A stretch of DNA of 64,000 nucleotides from the NCBI GenBank assembly GCA_026026165.1, contig JAPEUD010000002.1:1-64000 (forward strand). The letters run 5' to 3'. The notes below the pieces were generated by a model that saw nothing but the letters and a program-made list of their open reading frames with translations, did not search any database and had not been told where the DNA came from. Below are positions 37,425 to 49,633 of this stretch, one piece after another; position 1 is the first letter of the stretch; each line of letters begins with the position of its first letter. The DNA is from Sarea resinae. Lineage: Eukaryota. A program made the position numbers and the translations under genes.

Positions 37425-39649
37425 GACGTGCTTCTCTGACGAGTATCTTCAGACCTCAAACCGTCAGTCGTAGGGGACGGGAGAATCCAGGTCCTAATTC
37501 ATACCAGAGATGTTAGACTTCGATGATTGATGTCTGTTTGTGGTACTGAGAAATGTGGAATTTGTTTGTCCGATGTTTGGCATGAAGATGCTGGACGTCG
37601 TTCGGGCAAGGTGAAATGGTCGTACCTAGCATCCCACCTAGGTCACCACTTCAGAACATCAAGGCACGGGTTGTTCACTGCCCCACCTAAGGTTCTGACT
37701 TATAGGTAAGAGTAGGAGCCTTTCACTGCAGGAGCGTCACATCCAAAGGCCGATTCTTCTTGAATCACGGCAATGACGTACCTATTATGAAAGGGCTGAT
37801 TCGGTATGAACAGTGAAAGTGGGACCAGCAGTGAAATTAGGAGCATAAACCGCGGATGCAAAGATCAGAGATTTGGCGCAAAGTAAGAATGAGTGCCCTA
37901 CAGAGCATTTAAATTAGTATAAAAGGCACAGGGAGTTCCACTGGCTCTTTATCCTCAGCCACGATTGCCTTGAAAGTCCCACTATTGCTCTCCAACTTAA
38001 GACAGAGGCTATTGGGTATCTGACCTGTACGACTCAACACCTACAACGTTCCTCTTGGTTCACATAAAGAGAACGTTAACCTCAACGCCTAATAACATAC
38101 CAAGTCACTCCCAGCATTGCCGTGTTGATGGTTGTGTGAAATGGGCCGAGGCAAGCTCGCGCTTCTGCACAGACCGTAGAGTATTCCAATGATGCTTTTC
38201 TTCGGATCGACCGCTAGCTAAGCACATATCGAGAGCAATTAGATAAGCCTAAGACAAAGCAGAGAGAAATCTTGTCTGATGCCCAGACTACCTGTACTTC
38301 GCAACGCTCGACCGATACGTTATCAGATCCCCTAGTCACTTCCTTCAATCTGCTAGAGCGAGGACTAAGTATATACAGAGGCCATATGAACCGCCAATGC
38401 CAAGCACGACTGCACGAGGAAATGCCACGCTGCGTGGACGGGTAACGGCCTATGTGCGATGATACATACAGGCCCCCTCTGTGAGGGATTGATGGCGTTT
38501 CTTGAATTCAAAAGCTAGAGGAAGTGGAACTCTTCGGTCCATAAAACCAATTTCCTCGAGACAGACGTTCTCTCTGCAATAGGATAGACTAAAGATTTTC
38601 ACTATCATCAATCAGCGCGAGCACGAACATTGATTGTGCGAATTCAAGTGGCTGCCCTTCGAGTATAAGGAAACGATGATACCTGGTAGAATTCAACAGG
38701 TTGGGAAGGTAGACGTCGTCTTGTAGCAATTGAATCAGCTCGGCTTCCTAGGTAGGTCTTAAGCGCGCGGTAGTGTGGTGTGCGGTGTATCGAGAACCTT
38801 ACCCCTGAATCCTGATCGTCAACCCTGCCCACCTTGTCCCGCTGCTGAGCACAAACACCCCATGCCGGGCTCGTCTCGCCTCGCCTCGCCTTGTGGAGTA
38901 CCCGTTCTATCACCGCTTATACGTTATTCAGCTTACCCATAGGATCAAAATCGAAAGCCATTTCATTTCACTTCATTCCATTTCATCTCAGGCTCACCTA
39001 CCTACCTACCTATATCAGCATCTCAAGTAGCACACCCTCATGCCTGTCTGGCTAGGCAGCTTGACACCTCAATGATCACCCGCCCATTTCCGCCCCTCAT
39101 TTCTCACACATAGGCCTGCCTCTTTTCATGCTCCTTTCACATCTCTTTGGGAGAGCTTAGACGACAAACAGCATAGGCCGGGTGGAGGAAAGGTGAGTGG
39201 GCGCTTTACTCTCCCTCATGGTTCTAGTCTCTAGAGTCAGAGAGCGAGAGTGAGGCGGATGGTGGACGGCGCTCAGGGAAGGAAGGTAAGGGAAGTGAAG
39301 TCAAGCAAGGCAGGCAAGGGCAAGCAGGTTGTGGCATCAACATACTCACGGCAGACACATGGAGTGGAGTCCCATCCCAGCGAAAGAAACAAACAAACAA
39401 TAAAGAAAAGGGGGACATATAAGAACGGTTGATGAGGGCAATGTTAGATATTAAGGCGTGTATTTGATATCATGGCGAAGAACTTCGCGAGGAACCCACC
39501 AACGACACCATGTTCCGATTCAAACCAAAGAGAGAGATGCGTAGAGAAACGTCTAGGATACAGACAAGACGGAGCTTTTTGGCCTTAGCTGACTCCTTGG
39601 ACCGCGAACTCCTCGGACCCAACCCTCCAGCTAGGTGATACAACATAAT

Positions 39650-42600
39650 CTATACCTTGCGCTTCTTCCTACCACCAGGTCCGGCCCCAGTCCCAGTCCC
39701 AGTCCCAGATCCGGCACCACCGCCAACGCCAGCGCTAACAGATTGACTTCTCTCATCCCTCTCCCTGTCGCGATCGTCGCCAGCTAATTCATCCGCATCG
39801 TCATCATCTCCCTTTTCTTTGCCCGTACCGGCGGCAGCCCCGCCAGCCACGCCGGCGCGGATCTTGGACGTCGAGCGTCTAGGCACGCTACCAGAGGCGG
39901 CGTTTCCGGCAGAAGTGACAGAGGAAGAAACACCGACGGGTCCGACAGCAGCAGCCGACGAGTCCTCGACAGCGCGCTCTGCAGACCGCCAATGTTCGAC
40001 GCTGCGCTCGACAGTCTCGAACATCTCGCGCGTGTCCTTGACCACGCGCCCTTCTTCCTCCTCGTAGTGCTCTGCGGGCCCGCCCGTGTCTTCCTCGGCC
40101 TCGGAGTCTTCCTGGTCGACATGGAAGGCAGGCCCGAGACCGCGGTCGGGATCGGGGTTGAACATGACCGCATTGGCAAACATGCGCATGAGCTCCTTTT
40201 CCAGTTGGGCGGAATTGACGATGCCCTTAGGTGGAACGACGTCTGAGGTGGCAGGAATCCAGACGGCAGCATTCTTGGATGTTGACGGAGTAGATGAGCC
40301 TTGCATGAGTCCGGGACTGGCTGCATTCTCGAGAGGGGTTTCGGCTTGAGAAACGGCGGCAGTGACGGCACGACCGCCAGCCGCAATGGCTGTCTTGATG
40401 GATTTGAGATCCTGGGGACGGTAGATGAGGTCGCGATACCCAGGAGCATCCTTTTCTTTGACAGGGTTAGCGAACATGGAGGCATGCTTGTGGGCTGTGA
40501 CGTCGTTCATGATGGTCGCACTAGTGCGGGGAAAGTTGCGAGTGCAGAGGACATGGCGGGGTCTGTTGGGGATGTTGACATTGATCGGCTCATGGGCGTC
40601 CGGCGTCGAATGAGCACTGCGTTTGCGTTTATTTGGACGTGCCGGTTCTAAGGGCTCTCTCGTTCTTGTACTCCCCCTTCTTCGACGCCACGATGGCTGT
40701 CCGCGTTCGTCGGTTGACGTCTCGGTCATCTCCGTGTCCTCGTCATGAGCAATTCCAGCCGGAGTAGCAGGATGTTCATGCTTGACTCTTCGAGTGACAA
40801 GTGTATCGGTATCCATAGAAAGCTCATCCGCATGCGACGCCACAGATTGGCTTCTGGTTCTGGCCCGGCCAGAGCTGGCAACCGCAGAAGAGGCTGTACT
40901 GGCGGCTCTGGTCTTTCGACTCCGAGCACCAGCAGGCTTTTTGGCTCGGCCCACCTGAGGTGGTTCGGCTTCGTTCTTGGATGACTCTTCCACCTTGGCG
41001 TTAACTTCCTGTAGCCGCTTGCCTTTCCCTCGTGGGGTCTTTATGGCCTTCTTCTTTGCGGTTTGCTGTTCGGGCGATGAAGCCCTTTCACTAATGGGGC
41101 TTACGGCGTCTGGACCAGGTGGGATTGGCGACCCGGGCGATTTAGGCGGTGGAGGAAAACCGCCATTCTTCCATCTCGTGGATGACGCAGGTGTGTGTAT
41201 CGGTGGAGGACGGGACTTAGTTCTGCTGATGGTCGCTGGTGATGGCGTTGGAAGAGGAGGGTTTACTGCTTGATTTGGATGTGGATACGGCGTTTTGATA
41301 GGTTGTTGAGCTGGACTAGCTGATTTCTTGGCAGGACTCCCTTGTGTTGGTACGTACACCGGTGTCTGAGACTGCCGCCGGAATTGCTGCTCATGTTGAG
41401 ACCGCTTCGACGACGGAGGCTGATAAGAGGGCGTTGCAGGGAATGGGGGAAGAATAATGCCGCCTGGCTTGGGTGGATAGTAGTTTTGGGGGTATTGCTG
41501 TTGCTGCGGGAGGGGGGGATAAGGGCTCGGACGCCCAGAATACGGAGAAATGTGCTGCATATAATTTTGCTGTGGTGGAATCTGGGGTAGGAACGGTTGC
41601 GGCGTCTGCTTTCCGTCTTGCTTCGCTGGGCTCGGGGCGACCGGCTGGTATCTTGTAGGTGACATGGCTGGAGTCAGGCCGGTCGGGACTGGAGGCGTAG
41701 GCTGTTGCTGTTGATCCATTGTGTTCCCTTGAGCATCGCTTGGGGGTGCAAGGGAGCCCTGCGGGTTGTTCGGGCTTGATTGAGGTTGTATTACCATCGG
41801 TGAAGATGGACGACCTGGAGCGAGTGGTTGATTACCATTTTGGAATTGTTTTGGAAAAGCATTTGGCTGGGACGCTAGGGGCGGCGGTTTGTGAGCTGCC
41901 GGAGTGGAACGTTTCGAGCCCGTCGCGGAAGGAGGACGCTGTCCTGAACCGGTTGGTTGTGGGATAGGACGAGCTGATGCATGCTGCGCTGGGTTTGTCG
42001 GCAATGGAACAGTCCCAGGCAGTTGAGCGAAGGCAGGTTGTATCGGAGTCTGTGGCTTTGGCGTTTTGGCCTTTTCAATTTTTGGACTCGACTTTTTGGA
42101 TATCGGGGGTCTGGCTTCAGACTGTGTCGAAATTGGAACCTGCGCCGGAGTCCTGCTCGACTCAACAGCTGCTACGGGATTACTTTGAGAGGGGTGTTGC
42201 TCGGGAACCCGAGGGGGTGGTCGAGCCAAATGTTTCGTCGTGCTTGGATCCTGGTTAGGCGCGCTTGATGCCGCCACGGCCGGAGGGGAACCAGCAGCGG
42301 TAGCGTCGAGTCCATTCTCTTGCTTTCCTATAGTATCCACGGTTTCTTTGAGTCCACCCTGTTCATGCTGCGCCGCGCGTGCATCATCGGCCAGTTGCTC
42401 GATCTCTCGGACTTCCTTCTCCAGCGTCTGAAACCTCTGTTCGTCCTCGCGGATGGCTTGCGTGGTGGAGTCTCTATATCTGGCGTAGAGTCGATCGATC
42501 AATTGAGGTACAAGTTGCGCGTGTTCGGAGGCATCTCGAATGGACGGGGACGGCAGGCTGGAGAGTTTGCGCTTTCTTGATTCAGGAGAGACGTCGCCGT

Positions 42601-42853
42601 TTTGCCTAATAGACTCCGGTCCATGGTCCCGATGCTCCTCGCTTTTGATCTCCTCTTTCAACAGATCGACATAGAACTGCCTGAGAGCATCGGGCTGAAG
42701 CCGACCGGAGTCGAAGGTCTTGGAGTCGCGAATCAGAGGGCTGCTGCTCAGCAGCTCGGAGATCCTGCTGAAAGCGGTCTGCTCGACGCCATAGGTGGCG
42801 AGCGATTGGAACAACAGAAGCGACTCGAGAGGAGTGTAGGCCGAGGTTGTCAT
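39650..42853 (-). CDS. Bromodomain-containing chromatin protein (BRD8/Bdc1-like)
   Basis: Intact ORF with probable start MTTSAYTPLESLLLFQSL and a Pro/Gln-rich middle. Split bromodomain: HKHASMFANPVKEKDAPGYRDLIYRPQDLKSIK ... SAQLEKELMRMFANAVMFNP. Confidence 0.88.
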   Translation of the reverse strand: MTTSAYTPLESLLLFQSLATYGVEQTAFSRISELLSSSPLIRDSKTFDSGRLQPDALRQFYVDLLKEEIKSEEHRDHGPESIRQNGDVSPESRKRKLSSLPSPSIRDASEHAQLVPQLIDRLYARYRDSTTQAIREDEQRFQTLEKEVREIEQLADDARAAQHEQGGLKETVDTIGKQENGLDATAAGSPPAVAASSAPNQDPSTTKHLARPPPRVPEQHPSQSNPVAAVESSRTPAQVPISTQSEARPPISKKSSPKIEKAKTPKPQTPIQPAFAQLPGTVPLPTNPAQHASARPIPQPTGSGQRPPSATGSKRSTPAAHKPPPLASQPNAFPKQFQNGNQPLAPGRPSSPMVIQPQSSPNNPQGSLAPPSDAQGNTMDQQQQPTPPVPTGLTPAMSPTRYQPVAPSPAKQDGKQTPQPFLPQIPPQQNYMQHISPYSGRPSPYPPLPQQQQYPQNYYPPKPGGIILPPFPATPSYQPPSSKRSQHEQQFRRQSQTPVYVPTQGSPAKKSASPAQQPIKTPYPHPNQAVNPPLPTPSPATISRTKSRPPPIHTPASSTRWKNGGFPPPPKSPGSPIPPGPDAVSPISERASSPEQQTAKKKAIKTPRGKGKRLQEVNAKVEESSKNEAEPPQVGRAKKPAGARSRKTRAASTASSAVASSGRARTRSQSVASHADELSMDTDTLVTRRVKHEHPATPAGIAHDEDTEMTETSTDERGQPSWRRRRGSTRTREPLEPARPNKRKRSAHSTPDAHEPINVNIPNRPRHVLCTRNFPRTSATIMNDVTAHKHASMFANPVKEKDAPGYRDLIYRPQDLKSIKTAIAAGGRAVTAAVSQAETPLENAASPGLMQGSSTPSTSKNAAVWIPATSDVVPPKGIVNSAQLEKELMRMFANAVMFNPDPDRGLGPAFHVDQEDSEAEEDTGGPAEHYEEEEGRVVKDTREMFETVERSVEHWRSAERAVEDSSAAAVGPVGVSSSVTSAGNAASGSVPRRSTSKIRAGVAGGAAAGTGKEKGDDDDADELAGDDRDRERDERSQSVSAGVGGGAGSGTGTGTGAGPGGRKKRKV

Positions 42854-44275
42854 CCCCCAATATCCGCTGGAGATGGACGTCTGCTGGTAGACCCGGTCGC
42901 GTGCCGGAGCGATGGCGAAGGGAGCCAGCGTGATGGACGACGGGCTCTTCGGGCGACTCTCCACAGGCGGGATCCGAAGGGGCTAGCGATGAGCAGCGCG
43001 AGACGTATGGGCACGTACGAGGAAGGTGAGAGGCCTCGTACCGCCTCATCTGGAGACGGCAGCAAAGAATCGTTAATGACGAAATGCGACCGTGACGATG
43101 ATCTTGGCCGGATGGTCGAAGATGAAGCTCTCACGAGGAACAGAGGTCGCCAGTCACGTGGTTGGCTCGATCCCTCGGATCTTGATCATGGATGTCTCAA
43201 GACAGTCCCGTCCAGGCTCTCCTTTTCACGGGTCCATTCCTGGCTCCCGATCAAGATTAGGTACTGCGTAACAGCGCAACGCTCCAGCTGAGGCTCATGC
43301 GACCAGTGGACGAGACGGCCGTTCTCTCTCTTCTCACGGTGATCATATGCAATGCTTCAGGTGGCATCTGAGGCTCAACTCATCAACTCGTCACTCCAGG
43401 CAACTCTCACAAGGTAATCGGCCTTCTGCCGATCCCCCTTCCGGAGTAGCGAGACCACCAGGTCAGGTAAGGGAAGGTAAGGTACCGAAGGTAAGGTAGG
43501 TCGGTGAGGTGAGGTGAGCTTGGGCACAAGTCACGGCTACTTCTTTTGCGCCCGGATCAGTGCACACCCGTGGTAGAGGTACCCGAATGACGGTGGCTGA
43601 TTACCTCACCTCGACTACTCGGGGTACCCGACACGGTCCCCACCGTCCATCTGCCCATCTCATCTCCTCGATCAGAGTTATTGCCCGCCTTGGGTAAGAT
43701 CCGTGAATATTGGCAATTCCCTTTCCGTCCTTTAGGGACCCTACTCTCCCTACGCAGTACTACAGTACTACTCCGTACTTCAAAGTACGGATCGAGGGCA
43801 AGGGTCCAATCGTCCTGGTCCTGGTTCTTCTCTCTCCTCCGTACCTTAAATGCCTTAATTACCTTAATTACCTATTACCTTGATGACAGTACGATCTATC
43901 CCATCCCATAACTTCATTCCTCCATCTCTCCTCCTTTCTCCCTTTTCCCGTTTTGCCCACTGCATATATTAGTTCATCCATCGTTATCATCATCATCGCC
44001 ATCATCATCACCACCACCACATACTATTCCTACTGTCATTCTCCAAGGTGTCATTCCCGTCATTGACCGTGACTCGAACCGTCATTTGACATTGTCGTCG
44101 GACTCGCCAACAGGTGGTCAGCCCTCACTCCCACCCACCTGGTCCCGGCGCGAGCTATCGTCTCGGCTGATGTGGGGTTGAGAGGCACCAACATTCCCCC
44201 CCTTAAAGATCCAGACACGACACCGCTGCCCTCGAATCTCTTCCTCCCGAACGCATCCTTTTTATTATCATCGAC

Positions 44276-44879
44276 ATGTCCGACGACGAGTTTGATCCTG
44301 AATGGAAGCCAAGTGGACGGCCACAGTCGTAAGTCTGCCGTTGTTGGAATGCCGCTCGTTCAGGCGTTGATGAGCTATGGTCCAGCACTCTGGCACGGTC
44401 CTTCTCCGCCGCCCTCCACGATGCATTCATGATAGATACTAGCATTGATACCATGTCGGCCGCCGTCGAAGAGAAGTACGCCTCCCTCACCTCGCGAATC
44501 AAGCGACCGTGCTAAAGAAGTCCACAGGAAGAGGGCAGTTACGACTCGAAACATGGAGCTCGAAGCTCTGGAGGCACGGTTGCGGGAGACCGAGGAACGT
44601 TTGAAGAAGTCGCGGGCGACATCTCCTCATTCAGGGCAGAATAGCCCTCATCAGCGAACGCCGCTCGGAAGCACCTTTGCGGCCGCGCAGGATACCACTC
44701 CGAGCAAATCACGAGCTCGCGAGCAGCCGAATTCCAGACCTGCGCCCGGTCCGAAAGAGCCTTCGTACGCGGCACCACCCGTGCCAGGCGGACTCCCTCC
44801 GACACCAGGTGAAGAAGGCAGCGATACCACGGCGACGGCTTCGGGAGATCCGTCGTCGACATCGGAAGGCTCGCAATAG
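44276..44879 (+). CDS. Small fungal coiled-coil hypothetical protein (3 exons)
   Basis: MSDDEFDPEWKPSGRPQS / TLARSFSAALHDAF..VEEK / KRAVTTRNMELEALEARLRETEERLK. Introns 44329-44385 and 44476-44527 keep the frame. Confidence 0.8.
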
Positions 44880-45379
44880 TCATAGTTTAACATGTATCTT
44901 GATGGGCCAGAGACCGCGACACTTGACAATCTTATACCCCTCGCGGCATTGCTTTTCTTTTTCTGCATTTCTCGAGTGTCTTTGGAGTAGGTCGTCATGG
45001 TCATTACAGCATTCCCCCATAGATTTTCTGCTTCTTCACCGGCGACCTACATTCGTGTAGGGTTGGCTTGTTTGTGCATCGATTGCTTTGGAAGTTGGTG
45101 CGTGTACCTAGCCGCTGTATGCCTATAGCGCCCAATCGCTACCTTGAGAGGGAAACTTTTTGACAAACTTCCAAGCGTGATTGATCTTCGTTTGTCCAAA
45201 GGGTGTGAGTTGTGTTGGTCATCAGGGATGTTCAAGTTGACGTCTTATGGAAGCTTATTGACAGCGGAGACGTTTCATTGACGACTCCGCCCATGTCAAT
45301 AAATACCCTTCCCCCAGTTCTTCACTGAGCCTTTTGACACCAACAATTATCGGTTTCTTTCTGGTCTCTTCTGACAGCA

Positions 45380-45520
45380 GCCAGCCAGCTTATTCTTTCG
45401 ATCCTTTTGACATGTCAACAAGCCCGCCTATTCTTATTGACCCCTTTTGACATTTCAACCAGCCATCAAATTCTTATTGACCCTTTTTGACATCAGCCAC
45501 CTGTTTTGATTTCTTGTCGA
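45380..45520. repeat. Imperfect 40-bp tandem repeat rich in TTGAC
   Basis: ccttttgaca-like cores at ~45403, ~45443 and ~45483. Confidence 0.7.
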
Positions 45521-46107
45521 CCTCGACATCCTTTGCGCTTTGAACATTTCTTCAAATTCACAGCGACAGCCCCGCGTCCAGGTGAGCCAGGATTGAAGCA
45601 TCACCGACTTCAAGCTCAGGACTGCTAGCAACAACGCTCGACATCTAGATATTTAGCCCTTCAACGCATTTCCCTTTCTCTCGCACTTGCCATCTTCAGC
45701 TTCTTTCCTGGACTACAGCATCACTCGTTCACGACTCCCACGCCACGCTCAAGTCATCATCTTCAAGAGAGCTTCCTCTTGGGTTTGATCCATACATCCT
45801 CTGCAAGCCGAAGCCACCCAGCCAGAGCCTTCAAGGCTGGAATACCCGTCTTGACGGGCTGAGCCGAGTCGATCAGAGAGCCGCCGGGATCAAGGGAGAG
45901 AAGAAAGGAACCGTCAGAACTGCATTCATCTGTCATCTGTCCTTCCGGCGCGCACAGCACTGCTGACAGCCAAAGCCAAGCGTCCCATCTTGCAGCAGCT
46001 CATCCGCCCGTCTCGCGCCTCCAAGAAAACCTTCGCGCATCAGCAGTGTCCCATTGCGCGGAGCGCCAGACAATCATCCAAGGAACAGCCAAACAAGCAA
46101 ATCAGCC

Positions 46108-46785
46108 ATGTCTCCTCGCCGCTCGTCCTCCATCTCGACGTCCCCGCTCCCGCGTCCTGCACGTTGTGGCAGTGCCAGCTCCGCCACCTACAATCTCGAT
46201 GGCTCTGCCGACACTGACGCCGATTCCGATACTGACACTGACCGTCACAGCACCGCCACCGCATCGTCTACCTGGACGGGTGACACGCTCGTCGCTACGC
46301 CCACGCCGACGGCGTGGCATGCGCGCTACGTGTCTTCCGACAGCAACAGCGGCGGCGGCGGCGGCCAGGGTCGTATGAGCGCGGAGCAACAACATCATCA
46401 ACAACACCAGCAACAGCAAGTCGAGCATATCCGTCGGCCTCTGGGCCCCTTCCACTCCGACCGCCATCATCATCATCAGCGGCATCAGCGGCGCCCACCC
46501 AGTTATCGCTCATTCGAAGCCGCCCCGGCAGACACCACCGCGCGTGTCCCGCCGCCGCCGCCGTCATCAGCACCACCACCACCAGCCCAACCCCTCCCCC
46601 CCAGCGGCGCCACGACGAAGACCCGACGCCGCAAGTTCCCGCACCAGCCCCAGCCACTGCCCCAGCCTCAGCCGCCGCGCAGGTTCTTCGATTTCGGCTA
46701 CCACAACATCTACATGGTGACCGGGAGTCAGGGAGCCAGGGTCGGCGGCCCGGATGGGGTGCCGGGACAGTGCACTATTATGTAG
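46108..46785 (+). CDS. Low-complexity hypothetical protein ending in a CaaX box (CTIM)
   Basis: ATG in gccATG context; Ser/Gln/His/Pro-rich ORF ending ...GPDGVPGQCTIM*. Confidence 0.55.
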   Translation: MSPRRSSSISTSPLPRPARCGSASSATYNLDGSADTDADSDTDTDRHSTATASSTWTGDTLVATPTPTAWHARYVSSDSNSGGGGGQGRMSAEQQHHQQHQQQQVEHIRRPLGPFHSDRHHHHQRHQRRPPSYRSFEAAPADTTARVPPPPPSSAPPPPAQPLPPSGATTKTRRRKFPHQPQPLPQPQPPRRFFDFGYHNIYMVTGSQGARVGGPDGVPGQCTIM

Positions 46786-47934
46786 GTCGTGGTCTGGTCG
46801 GGATGGGTGGCGTAGTGGTGGAGTGAACGTGAGCGCGAACGGGATGAATGAGATAGACACTGAAACGGGGGGGGTGAATCACTCCGCCAGGCCAGAGTGC
46901 GGTGAGGACACTTTTACTGCTCCTGTCCTACACATACTCCTACGCTTCGATCGTACTTTCCCCTACGACTTCTCATCTACTGCTTCCACACTTCGGCAAT
47001 CCTACACTTCGGCAATCCCACACATTTCCAATTCTTTCTCTCTCCCAGACATCCCCCTATCCGATCCCGCCCTAGTCTTCTACCACTCTCGTCCTGTGCC
47101 ACTCTAGCCCTCGGCCACTCTACCACCTTACTACTCTCACCCTCTACTACTCTACCTCTCTACTACTCCAACACTCAACCACTCACCAGCTATTATCGAG
47201 CCAGACAGGCCCAGACACGCTCAGAGAGATTCACACAGCTCCGAGACAGGGGCAGGGGGAAAAAAGACATAGGTCAGAGATAGCGTGTCTATCAAAAAGC
47301 CAAAAAAAGAGAGCGAGATGAGAAAGGTGTGGAGGAGGGAGAGAGTGGGTTATCTATCGCAGATACTTGAATCGTTGTTCTTCTTTTTCGATATCGATTT
47401 TGGGGATTTTAAGATTTTAGCATTGAGGATTTTAGGATCGGCTTTGTGATTGCAGGGTGCGAGGAGAGCTAGAATTGCTCGTAGTAGAAAACCAAGGGGA
47501 AAGGGAGGGGATAGGACCGGACCGGACCGACTTAGTTAATGAAGCATATCGTCTATTATCTATTATCCAGGATCAAGTTTATCTTTGATTGTGACCAAAT
47601 ATCTTCTGTTAGATGTTCTTCTTCTAGCTCTTCTTCTACTCTTTCTGCTATCTTTCTATCCGATCCCTTGTTATCCCTTATCATAGCCCTCGCACCTCGC
47701 ACCTCGCACCTCTAGATCCTAATAGCTATACTATTCCATACCACACCACACCAAAGCACACCAAACCAAACCATCCTAAACCATCCCAATTATACCACAG
47801 CACACGCGAGAAAAAGACCATCGTTACGCCCAATCGCAGGGACAGCGGAGCCGAGACGAGCCGCAGAGAAGAAAGGGAGAGAGATGAGAAAGACAAAGAT
47901 GGATGAGTGGGTTGGTGGCGGGGTGGTTCTATCT

Positions 47935-48090
47935 GTCTCTTTGTCTCTTTGTCCGTCTCTTTGTCTGTCTGTCTGTCTGTCTGTCTATTTCTTCGTTTGT
48001 TTTTGTCTGTTCGTTTGCTTGTTTGCTCGTTCGTGACCGTTCCCATGGTTGTGGTTTCTGTTGTCGTGGTCGTGGTCGTGGTCGTGGTGT
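47935..48090. repeat. Simple repeats (TCTG)n and (GTGGTC)n
   Basis: Seen directly. Confidence 0.8.
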
Positions 48091-48558
48091 CTCGCTCTTT
48101 CTTGGCCCTTTACGTGCTAACCCTGACGGGCCAATCCTATACGTGTCAACACGCCAACAGGAAAGCGGGAAGACAGGATCACAGGATGACAGGAGGACAG
48201 GAGGACAGACAGCCAGGCAAACTTCCAGATCCATATTCCCATGCACGTCTCGCTCCTGTGATTGTCCCTTTGATTACTTCTCTGATTGCCTCTTGATTGC
48301 TTCTTGATCATCACATGCGGACAAGCTGCAACGCTCGATTCAATGCACGGCTCGGCCCTGAAGAAAAGCGTACAGTAAACGCTGCTAGCCCTGCCGTGCT
48401 GCTGGAGACAGGTAGATGGTAAAAATGCAACAAAATGCCACCCAGCGATGCGTAGCGCCAGAGCATATAACGCCTGAGATCAATGCCCAATGACCCCTTC
48501 TGCCGTCCCGCCGTCTCCGCGCCCGACTATTCACGTCCTCGGAACCCAGAGGTAAGAT

Positions 48559-49633
48559 TCACAACGCCTTCTTCGCCCCCGCCGCCTTCTTCTTCCCCAC
48601 GATCCAATTCATGTACCCGAACGGCCAGCTATGCATGACCTTGTCCATCTCGAACTCCCAGCCGGCCTCCTCGATCGCAGCCGTGCGTCTCCCACCCTCG
48701 GGACCCTGCACCGGTGTCGCCTTCCCAGGCGCAAGGGCGAGGAACTCCTCAAACGTCCGCGTGCGCAAGGCGCTGACGATGCCGTCAAAGGTGAGCGCAA
48801 AGGGCAGGATCGGGATGATATAAGTAAAGAAGAACAGGCCGAGATCGATGGGTTGGAAAAGTGCGATCAGGAGGAAGAATGTTGGAAAGTAGAAGAAGAA
48901 GACACCAAAGGATGATAGGTGGCGGTCTTGCATTTCGACGATGCTGTTTCCCGTCGCGTTAGTCGTCGGTTGGAGACCCGTCAGAAAAGAGACTCACGCA
49001 AATCCATCCGAGGTGCTCATCGCGCTCTGCAGGACCTTTCTCGCCAGCGCGTCGTCAAAGTGATGGAATGCCAGATTGTAGAGGCGGAAAACCCGTTTCG
49101 GCCGCGTCGACGAAGAAAGTTCTTCATCGTACGTAATTCCATGGACGACCGAATGCGGCGGATTCGTCGCATCCACCGACTCCGACACGTATTCCAGATA
49201 CGGCGACTGCTTCGCCAGTGTCTTCCATGCGCCCACATTCGGCTTCAGGTCCGTCAGCTGGAAGATGATGGGCTTCTGGCCCTGGCTCTTTCGCTCCAAA
49301 TTCACCATGCGCTCGATAGTCGGGGTGGGGCCGCCGCCGCCGGAGCAGAAGTCCACGACCATAAAGTCTGTGTCGGTTTGCGATTCAAGTGCGCCGATGG
49401 CTTGGAGGATGGCGGTAGCGGCGAGCTGAGCGGGAGAGGTGTGCTGGATGATGGGGATTCGTTGGACCCAGAAGACGGTGAGCATTTCTTGGAACTTGCG
49501 GCGCAGATACGGCGGCATGCTGATAAGATGGTCAGAAGGACTGGAGATTCGCTCGTCAAGGTTCGCGCACTTACAACGGTTGGTCGTCTATCTCGAAGAG
49601 ACGCCATGGTCTTCGAGATACCAGGGGAGACAT
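48559..49633 (-). CDS. Class I SAM-dependent methyltransferase-like protein with a hydrophobic C-terminal segment (3 exons)
   Basis: MSPLVSRRPWRLFEIDDQPF / ..VVDFCSGGGGP..LTDLKPN..VDAT..NLAFHHFDD..GFA / IVEMQDR..FDGIVSALRTRT. Introns 49574-49520 and 48997-48944. Confidence 0.82.

Noticed and set aside
39784..43291. Numerous ORFs overlapping the bromodomain gene
   Set aside because: Alternative-frame or antisense shadows of the long CDS.
45380..45520. CRISPR array
   Set aside because: Eukaryotic context, degenerate units and no unique spacers.
47726..48314. ORFs of 100-134 aa
   Set aside because: They arise from simple-sequence repeats that lack stop codons.
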